The position numbers and the translations under genes were made by a program. Below the pieces are notes generated by a model, which was given only the letters and a program-made list of their open reading frames with translations, ran no database searches and had not been told where the DNA came from. 64,000 nt of DNA from Ptychomitrium polyphyllum (taxonomy: Eukaryota): positions 8,494,001-8,558,000 of the forward strand of contig OZ316776.1 in assembly GCA_973851085.1 (NCBI GenBank). Direction: 5' to 3'. Shown piece after piece: positions 29,301 to 43,270 of this stretch. Position 1 is the first letter of the stretch, and the number at the start of each line of letters is the position of its first letter.

Positions 29301-32300
29301 ACAAACTACCCCAAAAAATGTTATTTCCATAAATGCAAACTGTACAGTAGCTTCAAGAACTAAAAACTGCCTTGTTGCAGGGAAGTGAAGAAATCATAAT
29401 CGACACCCGATAACGAAGACACGTGTAATAACGCAGCATATATCAGTGGAAGCGAAAACACAACAAATAATGAACATATAAGGCATCATAACATTAGAAA
29501 TGAAATCTTACCAATGCCTCAATTGCATCATGACTAGGCTTCAGCAAGCGCTCTAAAGCAGCGTTCAAATCAGCTACATTCGTAAGAGAAGAAAGTACTC
29601 GACCAATTGCACACATCACATCTTCCTCTGCTTCGAGAGACAAAGGCACAGCATGCAGCTCCTGAAATGACGACAGTTAGATGTTGCAATCAACTAAACA
29701 GAGACTGAATTCTGTTCAACATAATTATCATTGCAACATACCACTAGAGTCTTTCAGTTTCACAAATCATGACTAAACATGGAGCAATTCAAGCATTATC
29801 ACCAACAGCAACCACACTGCTTCGGCATTTCATAAAGGATATGCTCGTAAACGACAACTACCTCTCCAATGTGCAAAAGGCCTGCAATATTGGTTGATTC
29901 ATGAGAAAGATTTGGTAAATCCTCACAAACTTTTCGCAATGCAGCAGCACAGGCACTCACTGCTACTGGGACAGTCAAACCGCTTGCCAAAAATGCGCTG
30001 AAAAGAGCCAACAGAAATCCGTGTGAGAAAGGACTAGAAGCTGCAGAATGCTCGTGAAATAGAATGGCCTCTGTATTGCTGCGTTACCACCCTTTATCGT
30101 CTAAAAAATGCCATAAATGCCTATGAAACTTGACCACGGTCCAGCTCCAGCTCAGTGACTTGGTTTGCTTCATGTTAGGCAAAGTAAAATCCACGCGCAT
30201 CTTTGTGGCCACAGCTTTTTCTGTTATTTGAACAATCTGAATACATGGGAGTACAAAAAGCAAATTTTGATCCGTGATGAGGGACTACTTACAGTAATGG
30301 TGTGACAATAGAAGGAAAATTTTGCAACCACCCTGAGTATTCTCCAACAACTTCAGCAGCAGACTTCTGGACCTGAAATATCAATACATCCTAGCACTTG
30401 TGATCACTTCAAACAAGCAGACACGTATGCAGACTCTAAGTAGAAGAACCTAAAAATACAAGTGAAGACCAAAACAAAAGATTCATTCAATGAAAAAACT
30501 GAGACATTAAACCACCTAAAAAATTAAACAGTACATGAATTTCCAATGGTACATTAAACTTGCCCCAGACATGCTAAAATATAACTTGAACACGTGCAAT
30601 TCAGGGTCTAACAAGCCTATCTTGATGGTTAAGAATGTTATACCAGGTGCAATACGCTTGGATCAATCTGAGAGGATCTTGACTGAAGAACTACAATCAA
30701 GTGCATAACAGGTGTGATGTCTGAAAGCTGTCCCTCTGATAACACCACCTCTGATGCCTGTGTAACAGATAATATGTCATCGAGCAACTACATATAATGA
30801 AATATATTGTTCTCACCAAATAGTATTCACGTACAGCACAAGGAATTCGTTATAATTGTACCGTGTGTAACGCAAAGAGCCGTGCTTCCACTGCTCGCCA
30901 TGGTGTTGGCGATTCAAATTGAGACCACGCCTCGGCTCCACTAAGTAACTGCCACCAAAGGACCACCTTTCACTGTCAATGCAAATTTTCTGAAACTTCC
31001 CATGAAAATGGTCCAATTACCTGTAGAAGCGTAGCCATATTCGATACATGAGACAGAGAGGGTACCGGAATACTGCAGGGGCTTTTTGAACATGCACCGA
31101 CCTCAAATGTTGGATATATGATCCAATATTGAAAATAGCAAATCCTTAATACTCAGTAAAGGAATACAAAATTCCACATTAGGCATTCAAAGGAATTGGT
31201 TAACATATGCCACAGTGAAAAGGGAGCACTAGACCACTTAACGAATTATTAAATCACAGTTGACATAGTATTCTGATACACTGGACGTTGAAGAGCTAAC
31301 AGGGTTTGTTCTAAACACACCGATGCAAGGAATTGCTTTGGTCCCAACAAACGGCAGATATTAAGAAGTGGCTCGTCCAGATTCTTTCGAAATAGAGCAA
31401 GACCATCTGGTAGTCCGCTAACACCATCAAGATCATCTCCAGCATAATCACCCTCACCAATCTGATCTGGCACCTTTACAATCAAAAAGACTATCTTAGA
31501 TGCTATAAACAAGGCTGTTTGCACGTCAGAATCTTAGTCCAAGGAACTGAGTTTCAGTGATCAGTTCAATTTGCGTAAACAAGAAAATTCGCCGTCAAAC
31601 AACACTTTCGTTAATTCATATTCTTGTCGTCAATAATATAGGCTGTTAAAGGTGATCCGCCAAACACTTCAACCAGACGACAACTCTTCTCACCTGAGCC
31701 CTTGTGACCAGGGCCTCTAGAAGGGTATTGTAAACAGGTACAAACATTGGAAGCGTGACCTGCTTCAAGGAATCTCCCGATGTATCTTCAGCAGAGAGTA
31801 GGTATTCAGCAAGTGTGCACCTGTACAAACCAACATATCCCATCCCCAGTGTCATCATAATAACGTATTACGTATTTCAATAAATAATTGAATACATTTA
31901 AGTATTTGTTGACAAATATTACTCGACAAAGAAGTTTGAGCAGAGGTATTAGAGGCCTCTGAACATCATACCATTATCCAATGATAACGAAAGGGATTAA
32001 TTTTTGCCACCGCGATAGGGAGAAAATTATTATACCAAAATTGAAGAGTAGATTCCGCAATCTCCCAGTCGCAACTTGGAAAAGAGACGCATCTGGATGC
32101 ACACAAATGTCAAACTTATAAACTCAGAAAGATAACAGAAGGTCAATAAAGAAAATGGCTGTATCATCAACAGTAACACCAAGAATCTCACAATTAATTG
32201 GCACGTTAGAAGTCATAAAGGTGACAGAATATTACCAAGTCCTCAGATTCTACAGACAGGTGTCAAACAATCCATATAATTAGACAAATCTATTTACCAA

Positions 32301-35300
32301 AACTACCAATGGACCGAAGCACACTAATCCTGGTGCCAAACACCTCTTGCCATAAGGTACATAGATAAGCAAACGTAAAAGAAATGAATCACACCGTAAA
32401 AGAGAATCTGCCAGATCCAACGCTTCCCTGCTCCCTTGTGCAACCAATTCTGGGGCCTGAAATACATATCCGCAATTCGTGTTTAACTGCATAACCGTAA
32501 TTATCAACAGGGGAATAGCCACTATAATGTTGTCTCAGACACGAGTTGATGTAAGAACACAGTTGAATCCATGACTCGTCACATCAAGGGATCTCTATGA
32601 TAGTAAATTACGTAGAACTTGCAAAAGTTATGAAAGAATTTGTCGCCCAAGGTGGTTATGATACATTGATGAACAGAGAGAAATAGCGATGCACGATTTT
32701 GTACCGCCTGGCCAAGCTCTGCCATAAGAGTAGAGATACCGCTAAGAACGCTTTCTTCACCCGCAGCAAGAGCTGGCATGAGAAGTCTATCCTTTACATC
32801 GAGCATCCGTGGGAGCAGTACTTGAGGCAAGCCCTGTACAAGAGGGATCGTGCCATGTGCTTTTAACGCTTAAAGACCAGATAGACCACATGGTGGTTGA
32901 AAAAAAGGAATTATACTGGTAGAAGAAAAAGAAAACCTGATAATTTATTCCGAAAAGAAAACCCTTACCTCATGTCTGCTGACAAGTTCTGTTAGCACCT
33001 CCACAGCCAAATCGAATGAATTTGGATCCTGAAATTAATACTCAATAAGTAAGAGTCAAGCAAGCAACACACGTGCTCAACTATATGAAGAGTACGTTTC
33101 CAAAAATTATACATCACTGCACAACATCTGACTTATTTCATATTACAAGCAGAGGTGAAAACTGGTACATGAAAAATTAGCAGACTAATAACTGGTCCCT
33201 CGTGGCCTTAGTAAAGAACTGCAGAGCAGAGCAATGGAGGAATTATTACCAGCAAGGAGCTGTAGACAAACACCAAAAGTGGGTGACTAGGTATACTGCT
33301 TTGAGGAATTTCCATGAAGCACCCAAGTCGCACCTGCATAAGAAAGAAATTGCACATTATCGTAAATTTATCATCTAAAATAGTTAGACCCTGTGCCGTT
33401 GAGCACCGGATAGAATGTCATGTGCAACTGAACTCCCTCTCACACAAACTTCAATTTGCCTGCAAATGACGCTGTGTGAAATATAAAGAAAAGAAATTGG
33501 ACATCGCAGATAAATATACAGACCCACAAAAAAATAATACAATAATATTCTTACTTATGGACCTTCTAGACCTCTGCGCAAAATTACTGTCTAGGAAACT
33601 CTGAGGGACTAAACAGATCCCGTATTAGGTGGAAGGCACTTGGATAGTTCATGGAAACAAAGGTCGAAATGGTTTTGGTCCAGCTAAAGTAGTTTATTAT
33701 TTGAAAAACTTCTTGGAAACAAGAGCAACTCTTACCCAGCTAAGAAGGCAACGAAGAACCTTGCATTGCTTGCTAAGCTTATCTAAGCCGTCACTAGTGC
33801 TTTGCTGAAGAAGAAACTCAAGCACTGCGCTTGTATGAGATAGAATCTGCCGAATTACATTCATACAACGTGGAAGTAGGACACGTATTAAGCAGCAGCC
33901 CCGCAATCATGTTCCTCATTTTATGCGAAATCACCAAACAAGAGGATAGAAAATGTCCAACGACAAAGCCCCGTCAACATATCATCCAGAAGACATAACA
34001 AATGCTAGAAAACAATCACTGCAGCCCATACATAGATCGCCAAGCCCTCGAAAAAGTTACCACTAGAATCGAAAAGAACATACCCAGTCAAGCATTTTTC
34101 TTGTTAAAGAAATTTTTCCTGGGAAATAAAGGACTAGCAATTCATATATTCTTACTTCGTTAGAAAACTGCGACCTTCGACTAGAATCCACACTGGATAG
34201 TAACGACTGGTCCTCGAGGACCTCCTCAGGTAGGACAGTGAGAAGCTCTAGCACTGCATTGCTACCGGTCCCCTGGCCCTGCAGTTCGTTTAAGCTTGCG
34301 AACAACTGTTCAACTGGTTTCCTCGCCTCAGCTGCGCGTAGCACCAGGGCTGATAGGGCGACACATATCTGGGTCAAAAGCTGCCATAAACAACACCCAA
34401 TTTAGTTCTCTTGACCCTTTCTAGATCTCTTTTGCATGATATTGTGTTTTTTCAGCACAGCCGTATGTGAAGCAAGCAGTTAAAAGAAAATGGACAAATG
34501 ATTCACTAGGAGGACATCACGATGTACCTGTATGCAGTTAATGGGTTGTATTGATCATGGAAACGAAACAAATAGCCGCAAGCACTTCGAGAGTTGACCT
34601 GTCGCTAATGCATGACATAAGCTCAACTAATTTACTTCTCCATTCACTGCAAGAGAAAGTGTACGCACCTGAGAAGGTCCATTGCTAAACTTCTTAGCAG
34701 ACATGAGCAATGCATTTTGCAAAGCAGCTCTTCCCTCTCGAGAAAGATTTCCTACATCGCATTGGATCTGCAAGTAAAATGAAACGTTGAATCAATGAAA
34801 TTTACAACAGGATCACGCTCAAGCCTCGATGTTTCATACCGAACGTACTACGATTCGACACAGAACAACCAGAAACCAATTGCAATTGCGCATCTTCATA
34901 CATATAGTAGTTTACAATCAGATTAAACAGAGTATGCAAATTAAGCCAGTGTAACCAGCAAACAGGTTTGCAAAAACTAGGATTTTTGGGGAGGTAATGC
35001 TCTATTACATGATCCATGAATGTGTTGCACGTCTTTCATAGTACGTTTCGGGCATAACAGAAGAGAGTTCGCAGTGAGAAAGTAAAAAACCCAGAAAGCG
35101 AACCTTTCGTTTGAGCACTTGTCCCGCAAAAAGCTCAACCTCGAAGTCAATGGTGGGAGACGAATCCAAAGCCAAAATTGTAGTAGCCACTTCCCAGGCG
35201 GCATCCGTATTCTGAAACTGAACAAGCCATTGATTCGCAGCCACCCGATTGACCGATTGCGTATCGTGATTTAAAATGTGAACAGCCTGGGCCACTTGTG

Positions 35301-35322
35301 CCTGCAACTCCAACGACCCCAT
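26387..35322 (-). CDS. Importin-beta family karyopherin (importin-13/transportin-SR-like), 24 exons, about 1024 aa
   Basis: All introns are GT-AG and the frame is continuous. Exons: 35322-35104, 34767-34669, 34380-34156, 33846-33736, 33333-33250, 33028-32969, 32833-32705, 32456-32395, 32092-32036, 31820-31694, 31473-31321, 30948-30862, 30757-30644, 30372-30293, 29997-29862, 29661-29512, 29233-29148, 28786-28599, 28394-28302, 28132-27945, 27688-27577, 27371-27214, 27092-26976, 26626-26387. Motifs: [26 protein letters not shown] and [14 protein letters not shown]. Confidence 0.93.
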
Positions 35323-35587
35323 CTCTATTCTCACTCTCAAGTGACCTAGAGTGACCGCCCCCTCGCTATCTATCAATTCACCCCTCAGGCCATTTGACCA
35401 TCTAAGGCACTCAAGGGAACGCAAACCTGCAAACCCACACCTCACTCATCTCTCCGCAATGAGATTTCCCTGAACTAGATCATTCAAACTCAATCCACCA
35501 AACCTCAAATCACCACTAGACTAATCTCGAACACACCAAATGTACGTGACGCCTTTCTTGATCAAGGCAACCAATCCCTCGAAGCTC

Positions 35588-35631
35588 ACTGACTCATTCA
35601 TTCACTCACTCACTCACTCACTCGCTCATTC
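35588..35631. repeat. (TCAC/TCAT)n tetranucleotide microsatellite upstream of the karyopherin start codon
   Basis: Sequence reads actcattcattcactcactcactcactcactcgctcattc. Confidence 0.8.
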
Positions 35632-38148
35632 ATAATCCAAATTTGACACAATCCACTCCTGGAATCCAACTTAATGAAGCATATCACAATTCGCTCAAAC
35701 AAGAAACATCTGCAACTCCGCAACGTCACTCGATCCACTCAATCACCAATCAATCCCACAATCCCTAAGCCCTAAAACCCTTCGACACGACCATTCCACC
35801 ACTTGGTCGCTCCTCTCTCTCGCTCTCCCTCACTCTGCCCTCAAACAATCCTCATCTCCATCCCCTCAACCAAAACCACCAACTCCCCCTCCGCCGCCTA
35901 GAGCCCTCTCAATCAACCGCCTCCAAGGAGCCCCGAATCCCAAACCGCGACGAGAAAACTCGCACACCGACAGCTCTCGCGCAACCGAACGGAGAGTAGC
36001 GCGACGGAAAGCGCGCAAGGGATCACGATGCCCGGCGCGACGCCTAGACAGTCGAGAGATGCGTCGGGCATGCCCGGCTGGTCGCAGTCACGATGCAAGG
36101 TGCGGCATGGCGCCAGCCGTCGACATAGCCCCCAGAAGCCAAAGAGCGCGAGCGATATGAATGAGCAGCGTCCGATGACGCGCGGCCGACCATCCGAAGA
36201 TGACTGACGCTGCAACTTGCTCTGCACCTCTCCGCGCGCATACTCCCTCCCGCTCTCCCTCCCTCTCTCCCTCCCCCCACTGCCACTGCCACTGCAGTCC
36301 CTCCTTCTCTCGCTCGCCCCCCCGGCGCCCCCTCGGACGAGACTGCGTCTCCGTTCGTTCCTCCCTGCGTAGCTGGATCCGTCCATGCACTCCGGCCGAC
36401 GAACAGACGGCCTTGATCGTCCGCCGTTTCTTGACCATAGCACCGACGGCCGTTTTTCTGGCTTGTTCGTCCACGCGATCGTGGGGGAGGTCGACGGTTC
36501 GTCGTGCAAACTCTAGTCTAGGCGGTTTTCGTTGTGTGAAGGCTAGGCTAGGCGCCTTTCGTTTGCTGTGGCAACCTCGGTTGGGTTTGGGGGTGTATCA
36601 GAATGTACGTCCTAGAGTTTTTTGCTGACCTAACAAGGACGTAACGAGGACGGTCTTGCAAAAACGAGTCTTTGCGAGTAGGGTTAAGTTTTGAGCTGTG
36701 TTTTTCTGCACCAATGGGGAGTCTGGTGCGATGTGGGGTGTTGCTGCAGAGCCTTTTTTTGTCAAGCAAACCTTGCTAGTTTGTCTTAGGTGTCACAAAT
36801 TGGGACTGTTGTATTTGTGTTGGAGAAGCAGAGAAGTATGAAGCTATATCAACGGATAAATTTATTGAGTTTTTCAATTGATAGGGAATTGTGAGGTTTC
36901 ATTTTTCAAAGTTGTTTTTGGTTGGTGGTGTGAATGAAGTTTTAAATTCTAGTGAAATTTTTCATATGAGATTTGAAGTTGATCTTTAAGACTTGGATTA
37001 TTTAGTTCCTTGCTTTTTAGCACTTATAAACTGTGAAGTTCCCTGTTTAGCCAACCAACATAATCTTAATCATAAATTGTCATTTCGTCCCTTGGACAAA
37101 TCAACCAGTCATCAACTTATCTTTGTTAGAATTATGAATACCCTTATATTTCATCACGAAGTAGTGACAAACCTAGAGCAATAACCTCCTTCTGTGATTT
37201 GTGATTGCCTGCTTTTCCAGAAACAATTTACTATTCCATCAACCTCCCTTCTATTATCTTGCTACAAAGGTCTTACAACCACCAACGCACATGATTTCTT
37301 AAGCTGATTTAGACTGATGATGCACTACTGCATGCGTGATCATGGATGCAGTACCATCATTTGACTCTTCAGAGTTTTAAGATCTTTTGGACCATCTTGT
37401 CAGCCATTTGCTTATTCATCGATGGGAAGTTAGATATTAATTTGGCTCAAGGTATATAATATGGATAGACTTTAGCCAGGAATTGAGCCAGGGAGTTGCG
37501 GGCGATGGTCACTAGTTACAACTTGCAACACTAGAAAAAGGTATCTTCAAAGACGAAATTGCTGGAGTGATCCAGATGTGAATCGCCAGTAGTGATGGAC
37601 TTGAAAAACAATTTCTTCTGCAGAAATCGAATCTCAGCAGCTGGGTGATGGAATTTGCGTGTTTACTCACTACTGAACCATTTACTTCTAAACCTTTTGA
37701 GATTGACAGGAGGCTTTTGCTTAAAAGCTCAGCTGAGCAGCTGAGCAAACCAGATATTCTCCACAAACAAGGTAGTCTTGTCCGGTGCACTGAACACTCA
37801 AAACAATAGGCGGCGCTCCAAAACCATTGAAATGATGGGGTGGAAGCCAATGCACCCCAATACAAAACACCAGCAGTAGCACAGCTCCGCTTTTCATTGA
37901 CCAGTGACTTCGTCCTCCTATGAAGCATGTCAATGCCCACAAGGATACATACATGTCGTGCAGGTCTAGCTCCAAAAACTAGATCAAGAGCCAAAAGTAT
38001 TTATGCCAAATGGCGAACTGCAGCCAATCCTGTATGGAGATTAGAAGTATTATCTCACACATTGGTCCAGACAATATGTTGGTGAAACCATCCTGGCAAT
38101 TGCATCACGAGAGTACTGAAATCGTAAATGCATACGGGCACAGCAAGA

Positions 38149-39104
38149 TAACTTGAAGATACGGTAACTTGAAGATACGGTATTCAGAAGACGAGAGGAA
38201 AGCACAAGCATAAGCATGATATACACCAGCAAAACATGTCTTCTTTGAAGCAAGAGTAGGCTTCCGAGCCCTTGAAAATGAATTCGTCAGCTGGAGACCA
38301 CATTACATAAGATGCACACCAGAATAGTCAATGGAACTACTCAAACCGTATTGTAAAACTTTACTCTCATTCTTGACGAAATCGAAATTCTACCCTTGAA
38401 GCTTCAAGTACCTGTTTCATCGACGGACATTATGAATCATGAATGAACTAAAACGCGTTGCCAGTCTAGAAAAGTCACGTGGGTCAATTCGTTGTTCCTG
38501 ACTGCTCAAAATAGTGTGAATATAGTGTAAATATGGCAACTAAACATTGTGAAAGTAATGGAAATTGACCAACTTGACGAATATGGCATCTCAGCAAAGC
38601 TTGCTGGAACATCATCTTTCGAAACATCTAATGTGCCAACTGAATGCAAGGAATGGAGACTGTTTACCTTCGCATAGCGCTGCTCCTGTTTAGCACCCTT
38701 TCGCCATTTTATGTAGTCGAAAGACTTGAGAACCACGACACTGAAAGTCACCACCGTGGCAATCGCAGAAAGTGCAAAAGGCGACCACCAATGCCTGCAG
38801 CGAAGGCTGGTGGATTGCGAAATAGTGGTGAGAATCACACCTTGGAACACAATGACGAAGCCTATCAGCTGATAGACGTCGTCCTCAACGTGGTTGCTCA
38901 ACATCTTCTTGCGCTCAATTCTCGAGGTTGCAAACTCAACCCTCTCTTCCCAATCTGCCAACGACTACCTGAGCTCCTTGTACTTCTGGATTTGAACAAG
39001 ACAACCGCTTGTAGCTTCAGAGTCCAAGGCCTTTTCGGAGTCGCCAGATCTGATCCTTCAGCCTGTTCTTCTACCCTGCCTAGTTCGATATCCCCTCCCG
39101 GCAT
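38149..39104 (-). pseudogene. Decayed plant-specific coiled-coil plus transmembrane protein gene
   Basis: Core reads ..IQKYKELR*SLADWEERVEF..VYQLIGFVIVFQGVILT..STSLRCRHWWSPFALS... Lesions: an in-frame TAG at 38965-38967, a frameshift relative to the ATG at 39104, a further stop downstream (LKLQG*NFDF) and a 16-bp tandem duplication at 38149-38180. Confidence 0.65.
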
Positions 39105-40019
39105 GGTTTACCATACAGCCATAGCCAACCTCTAACGTGCAAGGACGTCACCTGAAGATACATGCACTGACATCGGGAATCCGCTTGACTTAGCTTGGGA
39201 GCCTCAACCCGCGCCCGCGATGCCATGCACACGTTGGTCGAACGATGCCATGCAGAGGCGATGGTAAAATTCAATTGGACTGTACCCACGAGGCGTACGG
39301 AATAGGATTGCTTGCAGCTTCGCAATCGGAGCTGGTTATTATCAAGTGCAGCGAATCGAGGAATGGCATTAAGTGCTCACCTTGATTACCGAACACGCCG
39401 CTGTACGTATCCCACTGGACGAGAGGCGATATCCTGGGGTTCGGGGAATATTTGGACCGACTGACCTATTTACGTTAACCTACTCTTACTTGCTTTGTTG
39501 GCAGTATTAGGTTTCCTGGAACTAGTTCCGATTCATTCGCGATTTGTGTCAGAGTGTTAGCTGTATTTTGCCTTCTACAGGTGTGAGGATACCGTAGACG
39601 TGAAACTGTATAAGATTTTCACGCACTTCTCTCACTTGCGCTATTTTGAGATAGTGTGCAAGGTATGTTTACTTCTGCTGAAAGAGTGAATGTCTGCATG
39701 TAGGTGGCGTGCTCGTGTGATCTCACCACCAGTTGACATCAAATTGAATTGCATTCTGCACTGATGAGGTGAGTTCCATGCCGGATATATTCTGGAGAAT
39801 TTGTTTGGCTCTTATTTCCTGTTAGAAAGGCTTGAGATTATTATTCGCTGCACAATTGGCTTCCTTTCTACTCATTTTGAATATTGTATCTTTGTAGAGT
39901 AGGCATGACACGGAATACATTTTTAGGTGTCTATCTCGAGTAAGTACACCAAGTATCGGTGGACTTGCAGAAGCCTGAATTCCGTGGGGACATGCTATTC
40001 TGCGACTCGTTCAGGATTT

Positions 40020-40664
40020 ATGCAAGGCGAGATTCCTGAAGCCCTTTCCATTTCACTTTCAGAGTTGTAGAACATGCTCAAGGAGGAATATAAGAATTTC
40101 TTACAAAAATGTAACTCCAACACTAGGTTCTTGAACAGATACCAGAATCAGCAGACCAAGCTATCTCATGGTGCAGAAATTGCCTGGCATGAAGCAAACA
40201 ACTCATTGCCTAAAATGTTTGTACTCAGAAAGTTCAGGTCAAAGAGTTCACCTTCATTGTGTAAGAGAAGGGAAATGAGGTTGTGAGTCATGACACTCGA
40301 TCAAGACGTGGGGCATTAGCACCTACAGCGGTACTCCTGTAAAGAAATTCAATTCTGATGTTAAGTGCTGAGACGTGCACGGCTGCCATGACAAGCACTA
40401 AAGTCGAGCCCTGAAGTATCGGAGAGATTAACCAAGCAGTGGTGCCAGAAGGAGGTGCGATGACAAGTGACAATTCTGAGGCGAATTCTGTGCAGAGTCG
40501 AAGTGCTGCATGAAATTATTGACCAGTTTCGACTCACGGAGTTTGGTTTGGAAATTGGAACAGGGGCGCAGGGATCCATACATGGGACTAGTATTGTGGG
40601 AAAGCGAGATGTTATCAAAATTCACAAGGAAGTTCCGAACTGGGATGATAACGATTCTATGTGA
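40020..40664 (+). pseudogene. Decayed N-terminal helical domain (DUF1221/MCAfunc-like) plus protein kinase fragment
   Basis: ALSISLSEL*NMLKEEYKNFLQKC (TAG at 40068). Downstream are kinase subdomain I-II-like EIGTGAQGSI (GxGxxG at 40557-40574) and VIK (40611-40619), after which it truncates. Confidence 0.45.
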
Positions 40665-42277
40665 GCTTCAACTCTGGCTTGTCAAGTCCGGTTGGCTTGC
40701 ACCACCGTCAAGCATGCTCTGCGAACCTGTTTTGGTGTCAAGAACCGTCCATCTTTTGAGGTAGACTACAGTTTGGTTACGGCCACTTACAAGCCTTCAT
40801 GAAATATGACTTTGGAATGTTTTTCAGTCCCTCTTCGCGATCACTTTTGACATTGAATGATATGCCATTTGGTCGACATGATTTTCGTTCAATCACGTGT
40901 ATATCACTGGCATTCTGAGCTCGAATAGCACGGCTGTAGCAACTGTATTACTCTCTTCAGTTTCACCTCACCGTGGTGAAGTTGAGGAGGTGTGGTGAAA
41001 AAGTAAAGTATGTATAAATGAGGAATAACTTGAAAGGTTACGTGTTTCTAAGACCATCATAAAGTAGTGGCTTCTGAATTGTTTGCAAAAAAATAGAGGT
41101 TGTCTATTTGTGTGCAATGATTCTCATTGGTTGGTTTGTCCTTATTAGATTACCTTTGTTGGTTTTGTATTTGTTTACAATAGTTACAAAAGTAAAAAGT
41201 TGTTGTTTCAACTGCCAAGTATTATAATGTTGCACCTTAAATTCAATATAGTTTTAAAGCATTGGTGAATTGATTTTTGAAAGAATATATAAGAAAAACT
41301 AAGATAGAAGATGAAAGGTAGAATCACAAATGGAAGAAGATGCAAGGTACAGTTTCTTTATTATAGCTTACATTCATTTTTGCATCATTTCATAAAATTT
41401 TACAACAGTGATTATATTATTATTAAAAGTACCAAGTAATTTAAGAACTTTCATACTATCTTCATGTGATAATTTTTGTAGCATTGAAATTTTTAATAAA
41501 AAATTCATGACTTTTGTAAAGTGTATCATATTAAATATTTTGGCCCATGGGTTGGAAGGTTTTTAATGTAATTTTTTTGTTTCTTCTTCTAAGACATATT
41601 AAGAAAATAATACATCAAAATCCAACGCTATTTATAAAACTAACATTGTCTATATAATACTCAGATTTTAGATGTTTATACCTTTAACTACATATCCATG
41701 TTAATTATTCTAATTAACTTTAAACTGATAATGCTTTACACAGGATGAATAATTTACCATTTAGTTCTTTTCTGTAAACAACATCAGTATCTTTGCATGT
41801 GTAAATTATGACCTTGCACTAAATAATGATAGAATTGAGTAAATAGTTGGTGTGATTGACACTTAAGCACTTTCAGTGTAGAATATTATTGATTTTGGGT
41901 CCGAACTGGAATCCGCATATTAAGAGGAACTCGAACCACGCCAACTTTTTACCACCATCGCTACTGCATGATGTACGAGTTCAAGATCGGCGATTCCGGA
42001 ATAGAATGCTATGCACGACATCCCTCCGCCCTCCCATTCTACCCCAAACGGTCATCCTCTCCATCCGGCGCTCAACAATTCCTCCCGGAACGGTTGTCGT
42101 CTCCATCCCTGCTGCAGCTCCCGCTTGATTCCGGCAGTCCTGGCAAAGCGCTTTACTGATGGGCATGCAGATTGTCGATGCTTCTTTCTGCTTTAGGGTT
42201 TACAGCTTTCGTGGACACTCCAACGATCTCAGAGCACCGCATTGGTGGCAGGGAGGTAGGGAGAGAGGGAGGGAGGA

Positions 42278-43270
42278 ATGCAGGGGATGAGAGGCATTGG
42301 TCGCGTTGCGCGGCAGCTCGGCCGCGTGGGGAGGGAGCTCAGTGATGGCGGGCAGGGGCGGAGGGAGCTCTCCACGGTCCCGGCTGTGTTCGTGGACAAG
42401 ACCACGCGCGTGATATGCCAAGGGATCACGGGGAAGAACGGGACGTTTCACACGGAGCAGGCGATTGATTATGGGACTAACATGGTGGGAGGCGTGACGC
42501 CGAAGAAGGGCGGTACGGAACACTTAGGCTTGCCTGTGTTCAATACGGTGGCGGAGGCGAAGGCGGAGACGAAGGCGAGCGCGAGTGTGATTTACGTGCC
42601 AGCTTCTCTGGCGGCGAAGGCGATTTTGGAAGCGGTGGAGGCCGAGCTTGATCTTGTGGTGTGCATTACGGAGGGGATTCCGCAGCATGATATGGTGAAG
42701 GTGAAGAGTGCGCTTCTGTCGCAGTCGAAGACGCGGTTGATCGGGCCGAATTGCCCTGGGATTATTAAGCCAGGTGAGTGCAAGATAGGTATCATGCCCG
42801 GGTACATCCACAAGCCAGGGCGCATCGGGATTGTGTCGCGATCAGGGACGTTGACGTATGAGGCGGTGTTCCAGACGACGGCGGTAGGTTTGGGGCAGTC
42901 GACGTGCGTGGGCATCGGTGGCGATCCCTTTAACGGGACGAATTTTGTAGATTGTTTGGAGAAGTTTGTGAAGGATCCACAGACGGAAGGGATTGTGTTG
43001 ATTGGAGAGATCGGGGGTTCTGCGGAGGAGGATGCTGCTGCGTTCATCAGGGAGAGTGGAACGCAGAAGCCAGTGGTGTCGTTTATTGCAGGTTTGACGG
43101 CTCCTCCTGGGAGGCGAATGGGACATGCGGGAGCCATCATTTCGGGAGGGAAGGGCACAGCAACGGACAAGATTAACGCTCTGAGAGCAGCGGGTGTGAC
43201 GATATGTGAGTCGCCTGCTCAAATTGGAGCCACTATGCTGAGAGTCTTCGAGAAGCGAGCCATGATTTAA
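42278..43270 (+). CDS. sucD/SUCLG1-like: Succinyl-CoA ligase alpha subunit, mitochondrial, 330 aa, intronless CDS
   Basis: Arg-rich presequence, then [38 protein letters not shown] and the phospho-His motif RMGHAGAII. Confidence 0.97.
   Translation: MQGMRGIGRVARQLGRVGRELSDGGQGRRELSTVPAVFVDKTTRVICQGITGKNGTFHTEQAIDYGTNMVGGVTPKKGGTEHLGLPVFNTVAEAKAETKASASVIYVPASLAAKAILEAVEAELDLVVCITEGIPQHDMVKVKSALLSQSKTRLIGPNCPGIIKPGECKIGIMPGYIHKPGRIGIVSRSGTLTYEAVFQTTAVGLGQSTCVGIGGDPFNGTNFVDCLEKFVKDPQTEGIVLIGEIGGSAEEDAAAFIRESGTQKPVVSFIAGLTAPPGRRMGHAGAIISGGKGTATDKINALRAAGVTICESPAQIGATMLRVFEKRAMI

Noticed and set aside
35913..36628. Long overlapping ORFs (198, 142 and 128 aa)
   Set aside because: GC/GA-rich leader and promoter sequence of the karyopherin, stop-poor by composition.
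37317..37360. 44-nt imperfect palindrome
   Set aside because: Too short for a plant miRNA precursor and no match to miRNAs I recall.
37430..37510. Minus-strand QLPGSIPG*SLSILYTLSQINI, a faint LRR-like remnant
   Set aside because: A single degenerate repeat containing stops; could be chance.
42200..43222. Antisense ORFs over succinyl-CoA ligase
   Set aside because: Shadow ORFs of a GC-rich CDS.
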